Assembly (NCBI GenBank): GCA_049999805.1
Contig: JBNGIO010006236.1
Location: 1-61,731 of the forward strand
DNA from: Folioceros fuciformis
Taxonomy: Eukaryota
DNA: 61,731 bases
Direction of reading: 5' to 3'
Program-made: the position numbers and the translations under genes
The notes under the pieces: generated by a model
Database searches by the model: none
Seen by the model: only the letters and a program-made list of their open reading frames with translations
Told to the model about the DNA's origin: nothing
In this document: positions 49,511 to 60,640 of the stretch, piece by piece
How the letters are laid out: every line of letters starts with the position of its first letter
Numbering within the stretch: position 1 is the stretch's first letter

Positions 49511-50719
49511 ATGGAAGCCTTGCACCTGAGCGCGGCCTCCTCGGCTGTGGCTCGGATTCGGAGTTGTTGTGAGGATGTCTCGTCGTCCGCGTCCGCCTGC
49601 GACGGTAGGCGGTTGTCTGCATCGGCTGTGCACTCGCTCCAGTCCATCTCTGGCCGTGGATTGGGATGGAGGCAGGGATGTGGGAATGCGGGGGACAGGT
49701 ACAAGAAATGCGCTTTCAGCGTGAGGTGTCGAGGGGCCAGTGACAAGGTCGGGTTTTTTGGGAAGCTGGGGAAGGTGATCAAGGAGAAGGCCAAGAGCGA
49801 CATAGAGCGCCTGTTTTCGGGCTTCACTAAGACCCGGGAGAACTTGTCTGTCATCGACGAGCTTCTGACATACTGGAATTTGGAGGAGACGGAGAACACA
49901 CTGGACGAGCTGGAGGAGGCTCTGCTGGTGGCGGACTTCGGGCCCAGGACTGCGCTCAAGATCGTGGACGCCATCCGGCAGGACATTCGTGCGGGGAGGT
50001 TGAAGACGGGTGCGGAAATCCGAGCGGCGTTGAAGAGGAGTATTGTGGCGCTGCTTACAGCCAAGGCCGGCTCCAGCGAGCTGCAGCTCGGGGAGACGAG
50101 GCCCGCCGTGGTGATGGTCGTTGGGGTGAATGGGGGAGGGAAGACTACCAGCATCGGCAAGCTGGCGCACAGGTTGAAGAAGGGCGAGGGGGACCTCAAG
50201 ATTCTCTTGGCGGCCGGAGATACGTTTAGGGCAGCTGCCAGCGAGCAGCTAGAGGTGTGGGCCAAGAGGAGTGACTGTGAGATAGTGGTAGGAGAAGGGG
50301 TGAAGCCCAGGCCTGCGTCTGTGCTGTCCGCGGCTGTGAAACGCGCGGCTGCAGAGGACTTCGACATCGTGCTTGCTGACACTTCTGGCAGGCTCCACAC
50401 CAACTATAACTTGATGGAGGAGCTCCGGGCTTGTAAGCGGGCGGTGGCTAAGGCGCTGCCTGGGGCGCCAAACGAGGTGCTTCTAGTCCTGGATGGCACC
50501 ACTGGATTGAACATGCTGCCGCAAGCTAGGGAGTTCAATCAGGTGGTGGGAGTGTCAGGCTTTGTGCTCACCAAGATGGACGGGACTTCCCGAGGGGGGT
50601 GTGTGGTTAGTGTGGTGGACGAGCTTTCCATACCAGTGAAATTTGTCGGTGTTGGGGAGGGCATAGACGACCTTCAGCCATTCGATCCTCAAGCATTTGT
50701 GGATGCTCTCTTCCCATGA
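49511..50719 (+). CDS. cpFTSY: chloroplast SRP receptor FtsY, intronless
   Basis: transit peptide; LFSGFTKTRENL, LEEALLVADFG, VGVNGGGKTTSIGKLA, AAGDTFRAAA, DTSGRLHTN, DGTTGLN, TKMDGTSRGG. Confidence 0.97.
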   Translation: MEALHLSAASSAVARIRSCCEDVSSSASACDGRRLSASAVHSLQSISGRGLGWRQGCGNAGDRYKKCAFSVRCRGASDKVGFFGKLGKVIKEKAKSDIERLFSGFTKTRENLSVIDELLTYWNLEETENTLDELEEALLVADFGPRTALKIVDAIRQDIRAGRLKTGAEIRAALKRSIVALLTAKAGSSELQLGETRPAVVMVVGVNGGGKTTSIGKLAHRLKKGEGDLKILLAAGDTFRAAASEQLEVWAKRSDCEIVVGEGVKPRPASVLSAAVKRAAAEDFDIVLADTSGRLHTNYNLMEELRACKRAVAKALPGAPNEVLLVLDGTTGLNMLPQAREFNQVVGVSGFVLTKMDGTSRGGCVVSVVDELSIPVKFVGVGEGIDDLQPFDPQAFVDALFP

Positions 50720-50783
50720 AATTCTCTCTGTTCCGCACCTGGCCTAACTACGCACAAGCTGAGGGTTGTGCGCAAGCAGGCAG

Positions 50784-52442
50784 TCACGGAGACGACAGCT
50801 CAATTACTTCGTTGTGTCTGGTATTTTTCTTCAGCACAGACTTGCTCACGCGATGGCATAGCGTCCATGCATATGTTGATGGAACTTCTTCCCTCATACT
50901 AGTCAGCACAGGCAACTCTTCAGGGCCCTGGAATTCCACGTCCACGAAACCCTCAAATCGCTGAAGGAAGATTTGAAGCTCCTTCTTGGTCTCCATTGTC
51001 ATCAAAGACACTAGACTTCCACCAGTATGTATTCCAAAGATGCGTTGTTGCGACTGTTGCATAAACTCTTGTACTAACTCTTCTTTGACTACAGCCGCAG
51101 TTATTAGGCTCCCATCGTCTACATGTACAACCAACTTGCATCCTTGTTCAGTAAGTCTAAACTCCTTTACTCCCACCAGGACGCACTTAACTCTACCACC
51201 AACTGGTCTCTTCTCCAACAGCATCCTGTTCCTGAGTGTAGCCAAATAACTGAATGGGGCTTCCTCGGATTCGGTCTCTGACGCCGCCCGACTGGCGCTG
51301 GTGCTATTCCCTGTGCGAATTTCCCTCGCCTCCTCAGCCACTTCCATCGGCGCGAGCATCTCAGAGATAGGGGGGGGGAAGGCCAAGGACACTTGCCCTC
51401 TTCCCTCAGTGCTGGAGGTCCCTTCACTCCTACCGAATTCCCTCCGAAGGGCGAGCCTACTACCTCCCCGTGGGCGAAGAGCACCTCTACAGGCTTCCGG
51501 CGAATTCCTGCTTTCAAGAGTTTCCACAACGTTCCCCGTTCTGTTCGAGAGGGACACGGGCTCAGTCCCCGTCATTCTGACCACAGCCACAGCTTCTTCC
51601 CGCGGCACAGCATCGCTGACGCTGCCCCTTCCCGTCTCAGACAAATGCCCCGTAGGAGCGGACCGCGGGCCACGTGCGGCATCGCCACTCTCCTCCCCCT
51701 CCTTCACTGGCCAAGCCGCGGACGCTGCGAGCTCAACAACATTTGCACGGTTCCCCCGAGGCGGCTTGTTCACCTCCTGAACCACGCGCTGCCGTGCCGC
51801 TTCCAAGCGTTCCACAAATCCCCCTACAACATCAACCACTTCTGGAACCAACAGCAGGAGCCCGCGCCTAATCTGCACATGCCGCACCACAATCTTCACT
51901 CCAGCCGGCAGCAGCACCTGCAACGCCGCGATGTACCTGTACTCGACCCCGAAAACACGCTGCACGCCGTCAGTCATAGACAGCTTCAGACACCGCCCCC
52001 CCTGCTTCTCCTTGTACCGTTCCCTGAGAGGCGGCCCCACGTCCACNNNNNNNNNNNNNNNNNNNNNNNNNNNNNNNNNNNNNNNNNNNNNNNNNNNNNN
52101 NNNNNNNNNNNNNNNNNNNNNNNNNNNNNNNNNNNNNNNNNNNNNNAGGCACCCGGCCCCCGCCACACTGAAATCCGCCATCAACGCCTGCCCAAAGCAC
52201 AGCTCCGCCTTCCTCTCCACCGGCAGCGACCTGAAACCAGGCCGGGCCAAAGCCAAGCCGGTCAGACATGATTCGAGCCACTCCGGTCTCATCCTCACGC
52301 CTCGGCATCTCAACAGTTCCTGTACACCAACCCACGGCCCTGACGTCGAAACGGACGGCTGCGGAGGTGGCCTATCACATTCGTCGTCGTCCGAGAGCTC
52401 CACGGCATCTCCTCCCATTCGCACGTCGCCATAGCCAGCCAT
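50784..52442 (-). CDS. RMI1: RecQ-mediated genome instability protein 1, apparently intronless; spans an N gap
   Basis: LRCRGVRMRPEWLESC, CFGQALMADF, RCLKLSMTDGVQRVFGVEYR, PAGVKIVV..RRGLLLLVPE..GGFVERLEAARQR, PFSYLA, VDDGSL. Confidence 0.92.
   Translation of the reverse strand: MAGYGDVRMGGDAVELSDDDECDRPPPQPSVSTSGPWVGVQELLRCRGVRMRPEWLESCLTGLALARPGFRSLPVERKAELCFGQALMADFSVAGAGCXXXXXXXXXXXXXXXXXXXXXXXXXXXXXXXXXXVDVGPPLRERYKEKQGGRCLKLSMTDGVQRVFGVEYRYIAALQVLLPAGVKIVVRHVQIRRGLLLLVPEVVDVVGGFVERLEAARQRVVQEVNKPPRGNRANVVELAASAAWPVKEGEESGDAARGPRSAPTGHLSETGRGSVSDAVPREEAVAVVRMTGTEPVSLSNRTGNVVETLESRNSPEACRGALRPRGGSRLALRREFGRSEGTSSTEGRGQVSLAFPPPISEMLAPMEVAEEAREIRTGNSTSASRAASETESEEAPFSYLATLRNRMLLEKRPVGGRVKCVLVGVKEFRLTEQGCKLVVHVDDGSLITAAVVKEELVQEFMQQSQQRIFGIHTGGSLVSLMTMETKKELQIFLQRFEGFVDVEFQGPEELPVLTSMREEVPSTYAWTLCHRVSKSVLKKNTRHNEVIELSSP
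52047..52146. other. assembly gap (100 N) inside RMI1
   Basis: run of N. Confidence 1.
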
Positions 52443-52713
52443 TGCGAGAGCTCAGCGCGCCAGGCTCTCAAAACCCTAGTCGACTAAGCCCTAATGTGTA
52501 ACGGTTTGAAATTTGAACCTTTCCCTCGCACTCTGCTTCGACTTCCTCCTCTTTCCTTCTCCAGCTCGATCCTACCGTTCTGCATTGCGGCGTGTGACTT
52601 GGCGTTCGAGGCGCTGGACAGGGCAGGCTGTGTCCCTGGCGGCGGCGGGAGGGGAAAGGGAAGCTCGGTGGTGGGTGAGGCCCTGGTTGTGCTGCGGGCT
52701 GGGCTCCGGCAAA

Positions 52714-54570
52714 ATGCATCGGGTGGCGCCGGCAAGTAGCCCGCACAGGATCAGATGGAGGAAGGGGGAGCTGATTGGAGCCGGGGCGTACGGCCGGGTC
52801 TACATGGGGCTCAATCTGGATTCGGGAGAACTGCTGGCTGTGAAGGAGGTGATCATTGCGATCAATCACAGCACCAAGGACAGGGCGCAGGCGCACGTGC
52901 AGGAGCTGGAGGAGGAGGTGAAGTTGCTCCGGAACCTGTCTCATCCTAATATTGTGAGGTACCTTGGCACGGCGAGGGAGGAGTGTGCTCTGAACATTTT
53001 GCTGGAGTTCGTGCCCGGGGGGTCTATTGCGTCGCTGCTGAGCAAGTTTGGGTGCTTCACGGAGGCGGTGATCAGAATGTATACCAGGCAGCTGCTGCTG
53101 GGTCTGGAGTACCTGCATAACAACAAGATCATGCACCGGGATATCAAGGGGGCTAACATTCTTGTTGATAATAAGGGCCGGATCAAGCTTGCTGATTTCG
53201 GCGCTTCTAAGCAGGTCCTGGAGCTTGCCACTATCTCGGAGGCTAAGTCGATGAAGGGCACGCCGTACTGGATGGCTCCCGAGGTGATCCGGCAGACCGG
53301 GCATAATTGGCAGGCTGACATTTGGAGCGTGGGTTGTACCGTGATTGAGATGGCCACTGGGAAGCCTCCCTGGAGTCAGCAGTTTCAGGAAGTTGCTGCC
53401 TTGTTCCACATTGGGACGACTAAGAAGCATCCGCCTATCCCCGAGACGCTGTCTGCGCACGCGAAGGATTTTCTTCTCAAATGTCTGCAGAGGGATCCGA
53501 AGTTGAGGCCCTCTGCTAGTGAGCTTTTGCAGCATCCGTTCGTGCTCCAAGACGTTCCACAGCCTGCGGTACAGGGAAGGAGCATTGGCCCGGATCAAAT
53601 ATCCCTGGGGAACAGGCATTTGCAGAGCGTGGAGGAAGAGAATTATCAGGTGTCTTTTGGTGGCGATGGTATGGGTCCGACTTCTGCCACAGCACAGCGG
53701 TATGTGATCTCGGGTGAGACAGAAGTTTCAGGGATAACGTTCGAACAGGATTGCGGGCATTCTTTCAACTCAGATCTCAACTGCTCCGTCAGGGTTGATT
53801 CAGTGAGAGTGGATTGCCTCAGTGACAGCTTTAATCCCATGTCTGATCCCTCTTTCGATAAGCCTAACTGGAGCTTCAAGAGTGCGGCTACGGCCACCTT
53901 TGGTGCCCTGCAAACAGACCACTACTGTGCAGATGTGGCTCCCCGTTCGTCACAGCCCAGAGGTAAAGAGGAGGGAGCCCCGACTCTGACGCTGCGGTCC
54001 ACACAGGATGATGACGATGAAGAGGTAACTGAACTGAAGATCAGGGCATTCCTAGATGAGAAAGCGCTGGAATTGAAGAGAATGCAGACCCCTTTGTTTG
54101 AGGAGCTGTACAGCATCTGGAATGGAGCAGATGAGAATGGCGGTGGTCAAAGTCTCAAAGCACCCCTCAGCCCAGCCACAGTGAGGCAAACCGTTGCCCC
54201 GAGCAGGTCACCAAGCAAGGGGAGCAGTCTAAGCGCACGATCGCTTGCAACAAGGAGCAGCCGTGACAGTGAGACCAGTGTGACTTCAGGCAGTCCCAAA
54301 GAAGCCAGTCCGACTGTCGTCAACGGTGCCCCATTGCTGGAGGTTGATTCGCCAAGGCTCAACGAGTGGAGAGGACTTGTTCATGAGACTCAGCAGCTTC
54401 CTAGCCCCAGTGTGGCAACCTCTGAGAGACAAAAGCTTTGGGAGAAGGAGCTTCACTTAGAGCTTGAGGAGTTGAGAAAGTTTTCTCGCCAGACAAGCAC
54501 TAACGCGAAGGAGAGGACTCCTCAACGTCAGGGCAGCAGGTTTTCTAGTGTGGCTCCCGTCCCACGATGA
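52714..54570 (+). CDS. NPK1: MAP kinase kinase kinase, NPK1/ANP family, intronless
   Basis: IRWRKGELIGAGAYGRVYMGLNLDSGELLAVK, HRDIKGANILVD, GTPYWMAPEV, FNPMSDP, ELKIRAFLDEKALELKRMQTPLFEE, C-terminal coiled coil QKLWEKELHLELEELR; first ATG at 52714. Confidence 0.94.
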   Translation: MHRVAPASSPHRIRWRKGELIGAGAYGRVYMGLNLDSGELLAVKEVIIAINHSTKDRAQAHVQELEEEVKLLRNLSHPNIVRYLGTAREECALNILLEFVPGGSIASLLSKFGCFTEAVIRMYTRQLLLGLEYLHNNKIMHRDIKGANILVDNKGRIKLADFGASKQVLELATISEAKSMKGTPYWMAPEVIRQTGHNWQADIWSVGCTVIEMATGKPPWSQQFQEVAALFHIGTTKKHPPIPETLSAHAKDFLLKCLQRDPKLRPSASELLQHPFVLQDVPQPAVQGRSIGPDQISLGNRHLQSVEEENYQVSFGGDGMGPTSATAQRYVISGETEVSGITFEQDCGHSFNSDLNCSVRVDSVRVDCLSDSFNPMSDPSFDKPNWSFKSAATATFGALQTDHYCADVAPRSSQPRGKEEGAPTLTLRSTQDDDDEEVTELKIRAFLDEKALELKRMQTPLFEELYSIWNGADENGGGQSLKAPLSPATVRQTVAPSRSPSKGSSLSARSLATRSSRDSETSVTSGSPKEASPTVVNGAPLLEVDSPRLNEWRGLVHETQQLPSPSVATSERQKLWEKELHLELEELRKFSRQTSTNAKERTPQRQGSRFSSVAPVPR

Positions 54571-55269
54571 TGTCTGCCCTCTGCTTTAGTCCTGCTGTTT
54601 GTTCACGTTCCTCTAGGCCATGGTTTATGTACAATACCTGCTGGTGGTGTCTCTTCTACTCCGCGTGGCCTTCTCTCTGGTATTCCATATAGGCCATGCG
54701 TAGGTATGCATAGGCATGATCTGACCACTCTGGGTATTAGTGTGAGTGTTCTTGTGGGTCCAGTATCTCGTCTGAACTTCATCGAATTGTATATTAGTAG
54801 TATTTTTATTTGGTGGCCTCATCCAAATATCGGGGACTCGATCTCCGTAGTAATATTGAATCCTAATAAAGCATCAATTACATGCACGTTTCTGCCTGCT
54901 GCAAGTTGTTTCTGCGTTTACGGGTCAACGTCCAATCTCGACCAACTGGAGCGGGTTGAATCGGTTCCAGTGTGAGCTGACGAGGTTGGAGGGACAATGT
55001 TGCTACGATCCATCCCGACGTCGAAGGGCAAGGCCTGATGTCGGCGGATTGGGCTGCAGCGCCGGATCGTGATTTGGGCGTGGTGGAGTAGGTTGAGGAC
55101 TGAGGTTTCGTTGGGTGCCTTTTGGGCTCAACCAGGCCTTTGGTTCCCTTCACTTCCTTCAGGAGTCCTTCTGGCTTTCTTCGCGGGCCTTCGAGACTGG
55201 GCTTTCTCAATCTGCTGATATCAATTCAAGAAAGCGGGAGTGACACATCGAGCTGCGTGTGGCGACACC

Positions 55270-58200
55270 ATGGCGGCGTCGGAGGACATGAGCAGCCTCT
55301 TCCCCATATTCATATTGTCCGTGACGGGACTGTTTGTGGTGCCATGGACATTTTTTCGCCTGGCGAGGGCGGTGCGGCGGAGAACTGGAGATGTGCGTTG
55401 CAAGTGTTCGGAGTGCGGGCGATCTCCTAAGTACCGGCTTTCATTCGCGAGGCGGGTGGGTGGCTTAGCTGTGTGCTATTATGTACTGTGGTGTGGATCT
55501 GGGGTAGTTAGTTGGTTTGCGTGATAGCTTGACACCAGCAATTCGGTGTCGGCTTGTGCGGCTTGATCGGGTGCTGTTAGGTTGACTGTGTACAGAATTT
55601 GGTGCTTGATGCAGGTTGGAAGATTCTCAACTTTTAGCAATGTCACGCTGATCCTGCTTTGGCTGATGATGTTCGTTTTGGCCTACTACATCAAGCTCAT
55701 GGCTCGAGAGGTATTGTCTGCCTCAGATATGAGCTGTACCTGTTGTTGCAGTCGCCGATATCTGACTGATTAGGGCAAGGGTGCCCTGAGCTGATGCTGA
55801 CTGCCGGCTCATTATGCCTTTCAGGTTAAGGCATTTGAGCCGTTCTCCATTCTTGGGTTGGACCTTTCAGCTTCACAAGCAGACATTAAGAAAGCCTACC
55901 ATAGACTGTCAATTCAGTACCATCCAGATAAAAACCCTGATCCAGGTAATACCTCACAGATAGTTTACAGATAAATAAGATAGTTTCACAGGAAATTTGG
56001 GTGTTCTGAGTGAGGGTAATGCTTATGCAAGAAACTGGCAGAGGCGAACAAGTACTTTGTTGACTATATTTCGAAGGCATATCAGGCTTTGACAGATCCT
56101 GTTTCCCGAGAGAACTATGTGAAGTACGGTCATCCAGACGGCAAACAGGTGTGTGACAATAGTTTGCCATGCCAGTGTCCTTTCTACAGTTGACCAATCT
56201 TGAGGGCTGGTCTTGACGTTGCTAATCGTACCGTTTTGTAGGTTATGGAGATGGGCATTGCATTGCCCTCATTTCTACTAAATAGGCATGGGCCGGGCTC
56301 AGGAGCCCTCCTAGTGGCTATAGTTGGTGTTGGTATTATTATGCCACTCCTGGGTGCAGTCGTATACCTGTCTCGATCTTCAAAATACACTGGGAACTAT
56401 GTCATGCATCATACGCTTCAAGCGTACTACTATTTCATGAAGCCCTCGCTTGCACCCAGGTTTGCAGAGCGTCTGATGTTTGGCTTGCTTTCTTGCTGAC
56501 TGCCGTGGGACATTTTTAGTGTTGTAGATGGACATACGTGATATGTAGGCTTTCGCTCCACATCATGAACTCATCGTGTAGTTCTGGTTGCATCAGTAAG
56601 GTGATGGAGGTTTTTATGAAGGCTGCCGAGTTCATGGAAAGGCCTGTGCGGCGCAGCGATGAGGAACCTCTGCAGAAGCTGTTCATGGCTGTTCGGAGTG
56701 AACTGAACTTTGACTCAAAAAATTTGAAGCAAGAACAAGCCAAGTTCTGGAAGCAATATCCTTCACTTGTCAAGGTTCATCACTCTCCATCTTTAGCCCC
56801 TTGTCAGAGAGAGCGTCTAAATGAATGGCGGTGGCTTGAAAGGCTGGAGTTCGTCAACGCATTAAACTGTGTGGTCTCCTCGCTTGAACAGACAGAGCTC
56901 TTGTTGCTTGCCCATCTGACAAGGGAGACTGGAGCTGTTGCACTGGGGCTGCGAACAGATTTTTCTGAAATTCTCCGTCTCACTCCCAGGCTTCTGGAGG
57001 AACTGATGAAGGTTGTATCTGTGATAGCCCTAAAGCCCTCGCTTTCAGCCCTCTGAGTCGGTTGGTTAGATATGCTATGGCTTGACTGGCTTATATCCTG
57101 TTTATCGGTGCTGAAACCAGATGGCAGTAACCCCACGAACTAGTGAAGGACTTGGTTGGCTACGTCCTGCTCTTGGCGTTATGGAACTCTCGCAGTGCCT
57201 GATGCAGGTTGCCGACGTTTCTAACTTCCATAATAATTTGGATCCGTGGCCTGAAAAGTTTTCACGAAAGAAGCATGTTGCTGACACATAGTTGCATGGC
57301 TGCTGTGCATTACAGGCTGTACCCTTAAGTGCAAGGAAATCTGTTGCAGCTAGTGGCTCGTCCGATGGGAATGCTGCTTTTCTTCAGTTGCCTCACATAA
57401 ACGATTCGGTAGTGAAGAAGATTGGTCGAAAGGTACAAAAAAATCTCGGTTGTGAAATTGTTCATGCCATGAGATCATCGGGGTGGGGACTACTGTAGAC
57501 AGACCTTCTGATACCGTGGCCCAGCGCTATGGTAGGACTGACACTCCACTTGGTCTATCCAGAAAGTGCGCTCTTTCCAGGAGTTGAGAGAGCTGACTTC
57601 AACTCAGCGCGCAGAGCTCCTGACTACAGTTGGGGGATTATCAGAGAAGGAAGCTGCTGATGTGGAGGCTGTTCTTGATCTTATGCCTTCAGTCAATCTT
57701 GAGTTAAAGTATGAAACGGAAGGTGAGGAAGGCATCCAGGAAGGTGATGTGGTGACCTTGCGGGCCTGGATTAAAGTTTGCAGAACGAATGGCGAAATTC
57801 AGTGTCATCCGCACACACCTTATTTCCCATATTTGAAGGAGGAGGTGTACTGGTTGTTATTGGCTGATGCAGTACACAACAATGTGTGGGTATCTCAGAG
57901 AGTTACACTTGCTGACGAAGCAGCAAACATCGCACTCGCCAAAAAGGCTGTGCACGAAGCCCTGGAGTTGAAAGCAGCTCCTCCGTCAGAGATACAGTCG
58001 GAGGTGGAATCTGTGGTCTCAAGAGTGGAAGCAGGAGAGAGGCTTGTTTACACCAAGTTCCAGGCTCCGTCAGAAGGAACCTACAGCTTGACGGCGTTTT
58101 GCCTGTCCGACACATGGATTGGATGTGACAAGAAGGTGAGTTTCAAACTGAAGGTTTCAAAACGAAGCAGGGCCGGCACCAGAGGACCCATTGCGGAGGA

Positions 58201-58426
58201 AGGGGATGAAATCGAGGAGGAAGAGGAAGGCGGAGAGGAGGATGAGGAGTTTGATGAGGACTACGAGAGTGAGTACAGTGAAGACGAAAACGAGGGTGAA
58301 GAGGAGAAGTCGAAAAAGGGGAAGGATGACAAGAACAACAGGAACGATAAGTCGAGCAAGGATGAAACGGCAAGGCTTTTGGACAAAGCCGATGAGAGCA
58401 GTTCATCAGACAGTCACACCGATTAA
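55270..58426 (+). CDS. SEC63: SEC63 / ERdj2 DnaJ translocon subunit (multi-exon)
   Basis: [47 protein letters not shown]-domain, [18 protein letters not shown], Sec63 domain, acidic tail. Confidence 0.95.
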
Positions 58427-58795
58427 ACCTCCTTTCCGCCGTAACACTGCGCGAAAATGGGGGGGGTGTAGTAGGTATTTGGTGGATTCAATTTTGTAGG
58501 ATTGTCCTTGACCTCATGTCACGCTGGATAGAGGATGTCACCTTAGTGACTACATTCTCCGTTATTTGTACATACCTGAGCCTGGCCCACATGTACGCTG
58601 GTCTGTAGTCATTTCCCTGCAGTCGTCTGGCGGCAAATGGCGGTGTCCACGAAAGACGTTGCGTCTTGCGCGGCACACTGTGAGAACCTGGCTGCATCCC
58701 TTTAGCCGGCTGTCTCGACGAAAGGTGCACTCCAGAACTTGCTCCTTGCGACGACGCCCCGCCCTGCGTGTCTGCGGCCTCAATTTTGCTTCGCC

Positions 58796-59645
58796 ATGTC
58801 GGGATGGCACCGAGGACACGTCGAACATCAACCCCGCCCTAGGTCCCGTGGGTATGGGTTGCACAGGTCCAGGTCGAGGTCCAGCTCTGCCTCCCGGTCC
58901 CCTGATCCAGCTGCGGCGCGCGGGGCAGATGATCCTGCCGGCCCTTCGCATGGCCAGCCCCTCCCCTCAGGCACAACGGTGAAGGTTTACTCTCGAGCCA
59001 ACGCGGAGTATAACCTCACAGTCAGAAACAATGTGGTGGTTTTGAGCCCGGGAAACCTATCTGACGAGAATCAGGTCCCCATGGATGTTTTCCTTCGGAT
59101 TTTGCTTTGTCGAATTCCATCCTAGTGAGAGCTTTGACAATCGTGCAATCGTAAGAGTCGCTCTGACTGTGTTTCGCGCTTGTTGTTCCCGCAGCTTTGG
59201 ATCAGAGACGATACCTGGAGCACTCGAGTGAAAGACGACGTCGGCCATGGTTCCTTTGCACTGATCAACAAAGCTACGGGCAAAGCTCTGCAGCACGCCA
59301 AGGCCTCGGGTCAGCAGGTAACATCCACAAGTCCTCCGTTGCTCTCGTGGTGCGGCCCCCTTGGCCTGGCAGCGCCTCCGTTTTTTTACCGTAAGCATTC
59401 CGGTCATGTTGCAGGTTCGATTGGCAGAATACCATCCAGGCACACTGGATGAAAACGTGCTTTGGACCCTCAGCGACGACATCTACAACGGGTACAAAGC
59501 AATCCGGCAGGCAAACGACACGGGCCTCAACCTGGATGCCTGGAAGGCAGACGCCGCAAACGGCGGTGTCCACGACGGCACTCTGGTTTGCGTGTATAAG
59601 TGGAACAAGCAGAACAACCAGCAGTGGAAGGTTGTCGATGTCTAA
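58796..59645 (+). CDS. Euonymus lectin (EUL, ricin-B-like) protein 1 (3 exons)
   Basis: TVKVYSRANAEYNLTVR..DENQ|LWIRDDTWSTRVKDDVG..FALINKATG.ALQH|..LWTLSDD..GYKAIR..LNLDAW..GGVHDGT..WNKQNNQQWK. Confidence 0.9.
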
Positions 59646-60258
59646 GGCATCGGACTACGGCAGCACCTTCTTTGGAGCTTGGGAGAAGAGGAGCACAGAT
59701 TTCTGTTATTCACATTGTACCTGCTTAATTCATCGGCTAGGACGCCGTCCAGTGTATGCGTAGATGAGCGCGGCCTGCCGGCATCAGTATTGCTTGACGC
59801 AAGTTGCAGCCCTGTCGCATGTCGCACTGCACCACTTGCCCTGTCACTTCCGGCGCGGTATAAAATAAGCATCTCTTCCGTTACTTAGAATATGTCGTCG
59901 CGCTGGAACATTCGCAGTCAGCATATTCCCGCCCGTTACCAAGATGGCGGCCTTTCCGATCTTCCAAGCGATTCACGTCTCATTCCAACAATTGATCGGC
60001 AGGCCTACCCGGGCGCGCGGAGGCGGTGACAGTGGCGGTGGCTCTGGCAGGCTGCGACAGATGGAAGGACCGACGCCGACGCACTCGAGTTTTGCTTTCT
60101 CATACCAACACTTCTCGTGAATCCTGACTGCCACGTCTCGTGAATCGTGTATGTATCGAAGATTCAACTCTCCGGCCTGCAACGGTTGCACCAACAACAA
60201 CAAAAAACTTTGGACTGACGCGCGTACGCCAACCTCACCGCGTGCACCCGGTCACACC

Positions 60259-60367
60259 ACCGACACGTCGCTAGCCGTGGGTCAGATACAGTGAACGAAG
60301 CGACCGCCATGTCAGCGCGCCCTTCGCCACGCAGCGAGTTGCGACAATCTGGGTATCCAGTATATAT
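60259..60367 (+). promoter_or_regulatory. overlapping DRE (ACCGAC) and ABRE (ACGTGTC on - strand) plus TATA, upstream of EUL lectin 2
   Basis: accgacacgtcg at 60259-60270; tatatat at 60361. Confidence 0.4.
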
Positions 60368-60640
60368 CCATTTCTCGGCTCACAACATTGCATTCGCTCT
60401 GATAAAGGTCCCTGATCCAGTTGGCTCTCTTTCGCGGCCTGTGCGATCTATCGCGCCTTCCACCGACGTCTCCAGGTTGGTAGATCTCTGTGTGTTTGCA
60501 TCGTCTCTGCGGGACGAGGCGTGCTTCTCCTGCGGGATGTAGCTAGCTAGCATTGCGGTTTCGTTGTTTGTCGAGTATTTGGTTTTGCTGAACGAGAGCT
60601 GGTGTGTTGGCATCGTGTGCGTTAGACCACCCCTTCCACA

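Noticed and set aside
29010-52442. RTEL1 and RMI1 as a functional anti-recombinase cluster
   Set aside because: 16 kb and many unrelated genes apart; compatible with chance
52513-52713. N-terminal extension of the NPK1 ORF (and likewise for eIF3f, LEA2 and METTL21)
   Set aside because: The ORF finder used non-ATG starts; the first in-frame ATG fits the family N-terminus
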